From Macrostomum lignano (Eukaryota), in NCBI GenBank assembly GCA_002269645.1, contig NIVC01001922.1, positions 1-64,000 on the forward strand: a stretch of DNA of 64,000 nucleotides. Direction: 5' to 3'. The notes beneath the pieces are model-generated. The model saw only the letters and a list, made by a program, of their open reading frames with translations. It ran no database searches and was not told the DNA's origin. A program made the translations under genes and the position numbers. Shown here in pieces: positions 34,001 to 45,000 of this stretch. The stretch's first letter is position 1; the number at the start of each line of letters is the position of its first letter.

Positions 34001-37000
34001 AGGGTGTGTGTGGCGACCCCCCAGTCCATGGACTGAACAGCCGTACGCCGCCTTCACCCGATGAAAACGGTACCCAGGCCAAGAAGCGCCCCGGAGTCAA
34101 AATGCATGCTCATCGACTCAGAAGTGATGCACTGATTTTAAAATGACGCTATAAGCGCTTCTTCTGCGACTTTTTTGGCGACTTGTACTCGTATGTGTCC
34201 ATTACTCTGCCGCGTTTAGTGGCTTAGCCTATTTATGCCGCCCCGCGGTCCTTGCGCTCTCGCCACTCTTTGCGCTCAATTTTTTGAAAGGAAAAAAAAA
34301 TAGAAAAAATTGCTCGTAACTTGTGGGGACTTCGTTTGCTGCTCCCCCCTTTAATGCTTCGTTGCGCTGTTGCCGCCTCGCTGCGCTTTGTTCGCCTCTT
34401 GGCCTGTCCATCCTCATGGTTTAGAGTCGTTTAGAATCACTCAGTTTTAGCCTATTGAACTCAAATTGCACTAACTAGCCTACCGAGTTAGTGGAAAGTT
34501 AAGCGCCAGCACAACGATTCTTGGGCGACTATTTCGCGACTCTTTTACGCTTCTACAACTCACGTGACGCGCTTGTGATGCAGCAGTCGCCTCTCCGTCG
34601 CATTTGACGCGTTTGAGTCGTTAAAAAGTCACAAGAGTCGCCCCAGACGCGCTAGACTCACTAGAGAGTTGTTTGCAATAACTTTTTAGCGACTCTTGTC
34701 ACGGTATCGTTTTCAACGGGTCAGATGCGCCGCGCAATAGCTGCTATCGGCTGCACATCTACCCAATTGGGATTGATTGATTGGTGTAATCAATCAATAT
34801 TATTACTGTTGAGTTAGAAGAAAGTTCAGCGCCAACAAAACCCTTGGATGACTTTTCTGCGACTCTTTTACGATTCTGCAACTCAGTCAACAGTCGCTCC
34901 AGTCACTAGTGAGCTGCCTGCCGACTTAGCTAGATTTTATTGATTGACCGCCAAGCTGACTGGTTGATAAGTAATCGATTAATCAATTTCTTGTTAAAGT
35001 CGGTCACTCACCACCTCCTGTATGAAGGAGATGAGCTCCATATTCCTTCGTTTGAGCTGGTCCACCTTGTCCTGGATGCGCATCACGTGCTGCTCGTAGA
35101 CCCGCTCCAGCGGCTGGAAGGTGTGCTCGGCGTGCTTGGCGTCGAACAGGGCGCACTGGTGGCACACGGCCACCTGGCAGGTCTGGCAGTACACCGTCAG
35201 CCGCTCCTTGTGGCTGTCGCATCGGTCACTGCTGCGAGCATCACCAGGTGAGCCCTGTTGAGACTGAGTCTGGCGGCCCTGAGACACCTGCTGCTGCTGC
35301 TGCTGGCTTTGCAGCTGGTCCAGCTGGCTGGTTACCTCGTCTGCCCAGCGGCAGATGATCAGGTCCTGGACGTGAAGCGGCGACCTACGGACCCGGGTGT
35401 GTAGCAGTGGGGAATGGCTTGTGGAATCTGCAGACAGGACTGGGGAGGGTGGCGGTGTAGCCTGGTGGACTGAGGAGGGTGGCGGTGTAGCCTGGTGGAC
35501 TGGGGAGGGTGGCGGTGTAGCCTGGTGGACTGGGGAGGGTGGCAGTGAAGCCTGGTGGACTGGGGAGGGTGGCAGTGTAGCCTGGTGGACTGGGGAGGGT
35601 GGCAGTAAAGCCTGGTGGACTGGGGTTGGCAGCCACAGGAAGCATTGCAAGAGTCCAAACAGATTCTCACCGGCAATGCGGACACTGTGGCCGTTCAGAC
35701 AGCCATCGCTAAAAGTACAAAAGTGAAGCAACGGCTTAAATTAAAGGTTTAAAGCAGAAAAGCAACTTGCACTGCAGCTGAACTGATTTTACAGCTTTTG
35801 CTCACCCGAATGCAGACTGAGCAGCACAGTTTTGAGCACTGGGGACACAGCCTGGCATCTCTGAGTCGCTCCATGCAAATAAAGCAGCGAAACACTTCAG
35901 CCAGACTCTGGTGGGTAAAGATTGATGGAGTTGGATTGTGGGCTGATAGATAAAATAAGCAATGAATTGGAATACAAACTTATATACTTCCTTTAACCCT
36001 ATATTGGATTTATAAAGCCTTCACATTGAGTATTCCTGAACTGCTATAAAAGGCTTTTTGCTTGGCTGCTTTATCGTCTTTGTAATACCATTAAAGAATT
36101 CCTTGGTTTAGATTACAAACGAAAATTTATTAGATATCTTAGCTTATATCTTATAAAAATTGGTTGGCAATTATATCAAAGCTATAAAGATAAAAGAACA
36201 TCATTTTAGCAAACTTGAAAAGATAGATATAAGCCTAATCCACTGCACTAAAAGTTACAAGTTTTTATAGTGCATCAATAATATTATAGATTAAATCAAA
36301 ATTATCTACTTTACTGAAATTATTTATATACATATTTCCAAAATACAAAAAAATTAACAAACAAAATAACTAAAGTAGGGTGTCCAGTAAGCCTATTTTT
36401 AGCGTGTGCAAAAACGAAAAAGGTGAAAAGTGATCTTCTTTAAATGGCTGTAACTTTTAAAATATTTAAGATATGGCAACGCCCTTACATTCATAAAAAG
36501 TAGACAAAAAGAAATTTCAAACAACATAGTTTACATGGTTAGTACATACAATTACAAAGATACAGATTGTCAAACATCATGTACATTTTCGTAAATTTTC
36601 AAAACTGTGCTGAATTTGCTTGAAAATATGGGGTCGGGAGAGCATATTTTAGTAAATGAGTGCATAACTGCTAAGAATGCTTGAACATTGGGTGTAGGTA
36701 ACTTCCTGCAGGTCATTTTAGGTGAATTTTTTTGTTCAAAAATATGTACATGTAACATTTAAATGGCCATAACTTTTGAATGGAAAGAGTGGCCACCCTA
36801 ATTCTTTTTGCTACTTACTTCTAGTGACACAATGAAACTTTTAAGCAAGACAGGATGAGTGTAACTCTTGCCGCAGTATGCTTAGCAGAAATCGCCAAAA
36901 TGCATGCAAGTCCCCATAAGAGACATAAAATCGTGAAATTTTTTAAGCTCGAAAGAAGGGCCAGTTAGTTTCTTTGATAAAATGATAGCAAGACAGGCCA

Positions 37001-39355
37001 AACTCTTTGTCCTAAAGGCACATCCTGATAACTTTTGCCGCACCAAAGTTATTAAACATAGTTGGCACAGCTGTACATACAAATACACTATGCAGATAGA
37101 AAAAATGTACATTGAGGGGCTGTATGCTCCACAAATGTCACACATGCCATTTTTTTCAAAAGTGGATAGCAGGACTTACGATATACTATCCTTTATGCAT
37201 TTCTCACTAATCCATCTTTTACTTGCAGATGCCAGACATGCTGCACCTGTAAAGTATCTGCTATGAGTGCTTGACAAGCTCATTGTGTAGCTTTCTACAG
37301 TCGCCTCTCCCGTCCAAAGATCGCGCATAGCTTCTTGAAGGCCTACATCGGCGCCCCTCTCCTCTTATGGGGACAAGGCAGCAGCAGTAGCAGCAAAGGT
37401 TGGCAAACTGGCATGCTGCAAGTCGACTCTGGCACAGTTGCAGCTGGGACCACTGCAGGAAAGACAAATGCATTGTCCATGTAGATGGCCCAGACACTCT
37501 GCTTGCCAGCAGCTTCCTTGCATATCTTCAACCTCTACAGGTCCCGCACCTTTTCCTTCACTTTTGTTACTGCCTCCCACAGGTTACAAAGTACATCTAC
37601 ATGTAGTTCAGTGTCTGCAAGCAGACTAAGACATTCTGCCAAGCTAATTAAAAATATTAAAGCACTAAAATGGAGCAGCTGAGTAAAGGCTGAGCTGAGT
37701 GTTAGTGTGTGTTCAAGCCCGAGCGTTCTATGCATTCTATTGCAGCTCGTATTCTATGTCCTAAATCCTGCGTTGCCAAAGTCCACTTGCTGTAATACCA
37801 GCCTCCCCTCGTTTTCAAATAAAAAACCTTTGCCCGGCTATGATGATTAGCCATCTGGGAATAACATACATGAATTGACTTTCCTGCACAACTAGTGCAT
37901 CCTATGGTCACAACACTGAGCAAAAGGGTTCTCAGCCAATTGGGCTGCTGGCAGACAAACTGACTGGGGATGAAAATGGGAGCAGACGAATTGACTGTCA
38001 TACTCTCTGAAAGCTGATAGTTACAATGAGAAGGCCAGCATAGCAGACGAAATGCGCATTTAGCTATTTTGCAGACAAACTGACTGCAGATGAATTGGTA
38101 GCAGATAAATTGACTGGATTACCAGGAAAAGCTGAAAAGTGGACACAGTGAACAAGTAAATTAATCAAATGATGCACATAAACTGTAAGGGTGAAGTCAA
38201 TTGCTGAATTCGGGCATGGCCTTTTAAAACACAAAAGTACATGATTCAGTAACATATTACTTAGTAAAGCATCAATTTATTACAGTTGTCAAATGGATTA
38301 CAAAAAAGCTTTTGAATGACTCCAATATGAAGATAGTATATTAAGATTGACAGGAGCTACATCGACTTTTAGACACTATAGACATCCAGAGTGGTACTTT
38401 GGAAAACCTATTTTCATGGGAATAATGGTCAACCATTTGCATACTACTTATAGGAGGAAATCAAAAATTTTAATAATTATAGTATACACATATTACTTTG
38501 ATATGAAAGCAATAAAATAATAAGGTGAATAGAAACTATACCATGACCAAGCCAAAGAATGGTACTCTTGCTTGTCTTATCTTTTTTGTCCTAATCCCCA
38601 GATATCTAGATATATAGAATAATATATTATGTACAAAAATATAAAAAATATTGCAGTAACAAAAATCAATTTCCTAAAGTTTGGTATCATTTCACTCATA
38701 ATATCCAGGGCTACAATATAGCATGGTTAAAAATTAGGATTTTAATTTTTTTCTCACTGGACACCCTAAAAGTAAAAATTAGGTTTTGAAAAGGAAAAAA
38801 AAATATATATATATATATATATTTGTAAAACAGCAAAAAACAACTAGTTGGCTAGGCCTATTAGTATAGCAAAAAGATTATCAATATAAAGTTAATTATT
38901 ACTTTAATTCTTGGTCAATCAAAAAGTAATGGGCCTATCCATATGTGCACTTATTTATTAAGCAACATAAAATTTGTATCTTATTAATTTTTAAATGACC
39001 TTTAGGCTTTAATGATAGAAACAATTTTACCTTAAAACATACCAAACTTATAAACTATAATACAAGCTTTTATAGTATTATAATATAATAATATAGCTGT
39101 TATTATTCAGAACTTATAAGAGTTCCGAAAGATGTAGGTAATTTGCTAGATTCAATCAAATATAAGTTAAACTAAAGTTATATTTCATTGGTAAAAACCA
39201 AGTAGAAATTTTATAATTAATAGCACTTTACTGAAACTCTAAAAGTTACAGAAACAAAAATGTACTTGATTCTTTAAGTACAAACTTACCTCAAGACCAT
39301 CTTCAGCCATCCTCCCATTTTGATTGGATCTCATTTTTTCTAATGACTTTGCCAT
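31050..39355 (-). CDS. TRIM37: TRIM37 E3 ubiquitin ligase (RING-Bbox-coiled coil-MATH); exons 39290-39310 (or from 39355), 35806-35907, 35671-35708, 35012-35384, 32562-32827, 31834-32275, 31050-31640; ~610 aa
   Basis: MAEDGLE|[34 protein letters not shown]|[13 protein letters not shown]; [14 protein letters not shown]; [24 protein letters not shown]; [14 protein letters not shown]. These are near-identical to vertebrate TRIM37, and the joined CDS is 1833 nt in frame. Confidence 0.95.
31660..31805. repeat. (GACT/GGCT)n tetranucleotide array filling a TRIM37 intron
   Basis: Direct reading. Confidence 0.9.
32380..32545. repeat. 21-bp minisatellite (CAGCCAGACACAAGCCACCCA) in a TRIM37 intron
   Basis: Direct reading. 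Confidence 0.9.
32910..33445. repeat. 20-bp minisatellite (GTTATTGATTGGTTAACTGA/G) in a TRIM37 intron
   Basis: Direct reading. Confidence 0.92.
33831..34790 (+). mobile_element. tRNA-derived SINE (copy 2), interrupted by a MITE at 34057-34720
   Basis: A-box TAGCCGAGTGG and B-box GGTTCGATTC. The 3' part GATGCGCCGCGCAATAGCTGC resumes after the MITE, collinear with copy 1. Confidence 0.82.
34057..34720. mobile_element. 664-bp non-autonomous DNA transposon (MITE), 18-bp TIRs, 3-bp TSD TCA
   Basis: CCCGATGAAAACGGTACC versus the inverse of GGTATCGTTTTCAACGGG (2 mismatches); TCA at 34054-56 and 34721-23. Confidence 0.85.
35430..35625. repeat. 30-bp minisatellite (GGACTGGGGAGGGTGGCGGTGTAGCCTGGT) in a TRIM37 intron
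   Basis: Direct reading. Confidence 0.9.
36378..38766. mobile_element. Putative ~2.4-kb TA-flanked DNA transposon relic in TRIM37 intron 1
   Basis: TA|GGGTGTCCAGTAAG ... CTCACTGGACACCC|TA gives a 14-bp TIR with 1 mismatch. No intact transposase was recognised. Confidence 0.55.
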
Positions 39356-42016
39356 GACTCAGAGAAACTTTTGTAAAAAGCTATTTTGTCCTTCACAAAT
39401 CACAGTAGTACAGTAGCTATAAAATTATACTGAATTGGACAAATCCACTAAGCTAGGTCTAGGCCTAGTAAGTAAACTAAATTATCTAGTATTAGGGGGG
39501 CCTAGTACTAATAGTAATCAGATACGGTATCTAGACTAAATTCTACAGCACGAATTATGTTGAGTGTATAAACAAGTGCAAGACTGCGATTTATTAAAGT
39601 AATTCAAAGACTATAAATTGAATATAATTGCAAATTTCATGCACTGATGAAGCTACACACAAATTTGAGCTGAAGTTAAGTGATTTCTTTGAAAAACGAT
39701 AAAATCCAAGCGTTTAAAAACTTATCGTGTTTAGTTGAAACAAACTTTTATATATCAAGCACAATTTTTTGATATTTTTTAGAAAGAACTACTAAAACTT
39801 GTACTCTTAGTAAATTATTAAAGCTATTTTTGTTTGACATTTATTGTAAATATTAGATGTCAAAATAAGTATTTTAGATAAGTACGAACGAGTAAACGGC
39901 CGTTATCTTTTCAACGCATCAGAAAAACCGTCTAGTGGGGGTACTAGTTACTAGACAAAGCTACGTAAAAAACAGCTTAACTCATTCCACATCATTTACA
40001 ATCGTCAGACCAAGGACCACTGTGCTATATTACAGTGGTCCTTGCGTCAGACTGCGCCTTGAATACATAAATATACATAACTCATTATTCCTTGCATTTG
40101 CATCAAGTTCGAGCAAAACCATTTAACAGTTAAATGCATGTGCGCATCGGGAATAAAACATAAATGGCAAAGCAACCAAGCGATCCCTGGAAGCTAATGA
40201 CCAAATCATAACATTTTGGACCTCGATATTAATCATAACAGTCCTTGATCATGTAGACTGAATTTCTGATTACGCTATCGCAGCGGTGTGTACTAAAATT
40301 AGAAATTATTTTAAGTAAGTTATTCTACTAGAGATTATTTTTATACATGCAAGCTCGAAGACTCTAAATTTACGGAAAACTCTGAAGCACTAAGTTTTTT
40401 TTCCGGTGCTGTCACATATTAACAAAGGTAAGTGTAAAGAAAAACATTTGCTTACTAGAAAGTATAGCATGCTTTTAAATCAGATAATTAGACTCATATA
40501 AGCTGTGCCCAAGTTTTAAACTTTATTTAAACTTTCATTGTTAGTTTAATTCTAAAATTTTAATATTAGAGGAAGTCAGGAAAAATAATTTTTACACAAC
40601 ATACGAGGTTAATTAGTAAATCTATATTGTCACTATTGTTTTTGACTGTTTGTGCATTTATATAAGGAATCATTTTACAAAAAAAGCATTTTTTACTGGA
40701 AAATGTGAATAATATTGTGCTAGAAATTTCTCTTTACCATTTATGTTAGTAAAAATTAATAAAGAAAAACTGTGCCTAAATGCTAAATAGAACACTTCAG
40801 GAGAAGCTGACGTCCTGAATACATGCATGTGACGGTTGTCGTGTTTCCATATTTTTTTATTTTTAGTATATGGAGATACATATGATCTACTGCTAAAATA
40901 CTTCACTAAAATGGCTATATTAGACATTAGTATATTGTATAATAGTGTACGTGTTCTGCACTTATACCTCAAATTTATTAAGAACTTAGTGATATTTATT
41001 TTTTTTGCTAATTTTGGTGCAACTTTGCAGCTATATGTTTTGAAGGAAGGCCTAAAATATACATTAATGAGTTTGGCCTGAAAATGATTATGAAAAGATT
41101 TTTATATATAAAAAATTATTAAATTAGCAGCTATGATTGAGGCCATAGTCAGGATCAAGGCATCAAGCTATGTGTGCGCCAGAAGCCACCCCAAAAATTT
41201 TTTGGTGTGTGCCAGGTACGCCAGGCAAAATGCACAAGTGCACCAGGTGGGCCAGTCCTAAATCCTAATCCTTATGTAAAAAAATGTGTAATTGCAAGTA
41301 AGTAAAGATTATAAATTGAAGATTTGAAGATTTATGTTTTTAATTGCAAAACTAATGAATAAAAAAGAGAAATAAAACACAATTTAAAGAATATTTTAAA
41401 TGAAGCAATGGTTGTCAATTGTCATTACAATATATTTGCGAAATCATTGTTAAACTTTGTGCAAAATTTCATGCTTGATTTTGTCTTTTGCAGTAGCCAT
41501 GGTGCAGCCTCTTCTAGTGTGCGCCATACATGTGCGCCATGCAGTGTGCACCATGTGTGTGCACCATTTAGAGTGCGCCAATTATATAAATACCAAGATG
41601 TACGCCAGAAGACCTTTTTAAAAATTTTGTGCACTAAGTGTGCACCAGCTGTCCCAAATGTGCGCTAGAAATTTCCGGCATATATGACATGATCCTAAGT
41701 GTGAAATTGAGGCCATTGAGGCCATCACTATTTGATGAAAAGTAAAAGCTAATTACTGGCACATTGCAATTTGCAACATGCATTTATTTGGAAGTAAGAC
41801 CATCCTATTATTAAATATTATATCTTAGCAAAATCAATTATATTAATTTGTTTTTTTTCCAAAAATTTTATACAATTTCCTGGCATCCTGGATGTAGACT
41901 AGAGAAAGATTTTTTTTAGGCAAAGAGTCTGACTATGTTTATAAATTTAAATTTTATTATTTATCTTGGCAATTTAAGTATAAAAAATTTAATCTTGACT
42001 ATTTTAAAACTCATGC

Positions 42017-45000
42017 ATGATGTTGGAATTATTACTTGTATTGGTATCATTCTTGTGTCAGCCACTTAGTATTAGTGGACAGAATGATTACTATTGTGGG
42101 CCACCTATGGTCAACAAGACATTGGGTGGTAAGTTACTTTTATTTCATTGTACAGTTTGTATTTTTATTTCAAATGCATTTGATCTTGTATTTATTTTTT
42201 TATAAGAAATAATCTAATATTTCTTTCTAGTTTGTTGTTTCTAACTAGTCTCTTAGTATTGGTGGAACCAACTATTTTTAGGCAAATCTGATGCACACAA
42301 TGGTGTTGTTACTATCTCTAAGCCCTTTTTTACTTGAGCCAATCTTACAAGGGTCTATCCATATTTTCAGACCTTTTGATATTGTTTAGTAACAAAAAGA
42401 ACTTAAATAATTACTGTTTTATTTTCTGTAATTAAAAAGCCAAGAACTTTCTCAACCCTATCTGAGTTTTCAAAAAAAATTCTGCTTGTGAAGGTTTGAG
42501 CTTGTGAATTTTTTAAGTTGTCAAAGATTCTGCATATCAATAATGCTTAGATAATAGCCCCCACACATGTCCTTCAATGTTACTTATAAAGTGCTTCTCC
42601 CTCGCCAGGCTGCCCATCTGGCTGGGTGAAGCTGGAGTCCACCTGCTACTTCGTGAACATGTACCCCTACAAGACTTATGCCGATGCTGACAACGACTGC
42701 CGCGACCGCTTTGGTCTTTTGATGCGCATCGACTCCAAGGTGGAGTTCAACGCCTTCAGCAAGCTGCTGGATGAACAGAGCTACGACAAGACGGAGCCGT
42801 TCTACACTTCCGGCCAGTTGGACCCGGCCGTCCGGTTCAAATTCGTCTGGGGCGGCCACTCGGCCGACGTTGCCGCCTGGCGCACAGAGATTTACGACTT
42901 CTGGATCGACGAAATCCCCAGAGAGGGCGACGGCAAGCCGCCGGAATCCTGGGGCGACCGGACCTTCGCCCTGCTTGGCAACAACGGCGCCACGTGAGTG
43001 ACTTAATTTTTTTAGCCGTGAACGAGATACCCGAGGGGGGCGGCTTGTCGTACGATTTACGCTCGAGAGGGCCAAACCACAAAGGCACAGAAAATGGGTA
43101 CGAGCTCTGAGGTAACTGCTTGATAATAGAAACAACTAGCGATCTGGTGCCCCCCTTCAGGGCGCCCAATAGGCTAAGAGCAAGAGTTATTCATGCAGAA
43201 AAGCCCATTTTCTTAAGAACCAATGCCTTCTTAGCTTTTATAAATCACCTTATACGAATAAAATTGTCGTGGACAAAGATGCTTGCTATGGATATTTTGC
43301 TTCTAAAAGTAACAAAAGGACACAACAAAATAAAGCCTTCACAAAGATAACAGGCATTCCCCCTAAATCGGAAGCATCCCCCAGACCGCAGGCATCCCCA
43401 AAAAGAAAGCTACTCCAGACAGCAAGCATCCGCCCAGACAGCATGCATCCTCCAGACAGCAAGCCTATTGTAATGCCTATTGACGCCTTGTGGTGAGTAG
43501 AGAGAAGTCCAGACTTGTATTGGTAGAAAACTTATCAAGCAATAAGCCGCTCCTGTACACTTGTGTTTCTAGTTTTTATGCTAGGCCGCTCCCAAATACA
43601 GGTACTGAAAAAAACTGCCTAAAATTAACGAATACAATAAATATACTTATCGCTTTCATAATACTTTACCTACAGTAGTATTAAAGAATATTGCATGTAA
43701 GAAATTAAATAATAAATAATTTTTCTATTAAATCCTATATACTAAAATACTCTACTAATAGTAGAAAAATCGGGAAAATACGTTTAATAGCACCAATAAT
43801 AGCACCATCGATACTCTACTTGTAGTAATAATATTCGTTTTCAAATAGTTATTAGTTCACAAGACGCAGCACCCACACTTCAATCGATGCACTCCGACCA
43901 TCCGCAGCTGGGGCTTCTTCCTTCGCAACGGCACGATTCCGCGGCCCTTCATCTGCCAGGCCGACGCGACCGCCCTCTCGGCCGCCATTGGCAGCCAGCG
44001 CGGCTTCGACTACGGCGTGGTCGGCATCAACAATGTCCGGCGCAGCCCTTGCATCCAGTCCGAGCCGGCCAACGAAGTTTACTTTGAGAACACCCGGGCC
44101 GGCAGCTCGGCCACGCCGCCTACGGCCGTGTTCCAGTGCCTGGCCTACGGCAACCCGCAGCCCACCTACACCTGGTATCGGTTCGGCACCAACATGCAGA
44201 AGACTAAGATTGACCCGCTGACCCAGACCCAGTACAGCGTCACCAACGGCAAGCTCACCATCAATCAGGTCGAGTCGTCTAGGGATTCCGGTACGGATCC
44301 TGCTGCTGCGTTCCTCTTGGTTCCATTTTCTGGGATGTCTGTCAGTAGGCTGGGGACTCGTGACGTCATAGTAAGGCTAGGGACTCGTGACGTCATAGTA
44401 GTCAAGGGACTCGTGACGTCATAGTAGGCTGTGGAATCGTGACGTCATAGTAGTGCCATGCCTTGGCCCTTAATGTCCTAACAGGCTTGCAATTTACGAT
44501 GCTTTAACAGTATGACATCATTAGTCAAAGTCTGTTTATGCTAGATTTAGTCGCGTAGGGTGACGTCATTAGTTGAAAAGCCTGTTTTAGCAAAGCAACA
44601 GCTGCAGAGTTACTGAGCCAGCTTCGATCACTCCACCCTTTCCAGGAAACTACGCCTGCGAAGCCGTGAACGACCTGGGCGCCGTGATGAGCCGGCACGC
44701 CGCTCTGAAATTTGGCATCTTGCCAACATTCCCGAAATCGTCGCAGGAGACAATCGAGAGGAACGCCTTCCAGTTCGCTAACATCGAGTGCAAACTGTCC
44801 GACAACAGCAACCCCAGGGACTTGTTCAACTTTCAGTTCTTCTACAGCAACATTGCACCGGAGACTTCCTCGGATATCCGGGAGGTCCGGCCGGATTTCC
44901 GGTCCAACCTGTTCGTGTCGCAGTCCACGGGCCGGTTGTACTTTAGTGAGGTCACCACCACGGACATGGGGTTCTACTACTGCCAGGTGGGCGTTACCGT

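Noticed and set aside
37261-37497. Cys-rich ORF (LCCYCCC) initially considered as the TRIM37 RING exon
   Set aside because: The true RING exons were found at 35806-35907 and 35671-35708.
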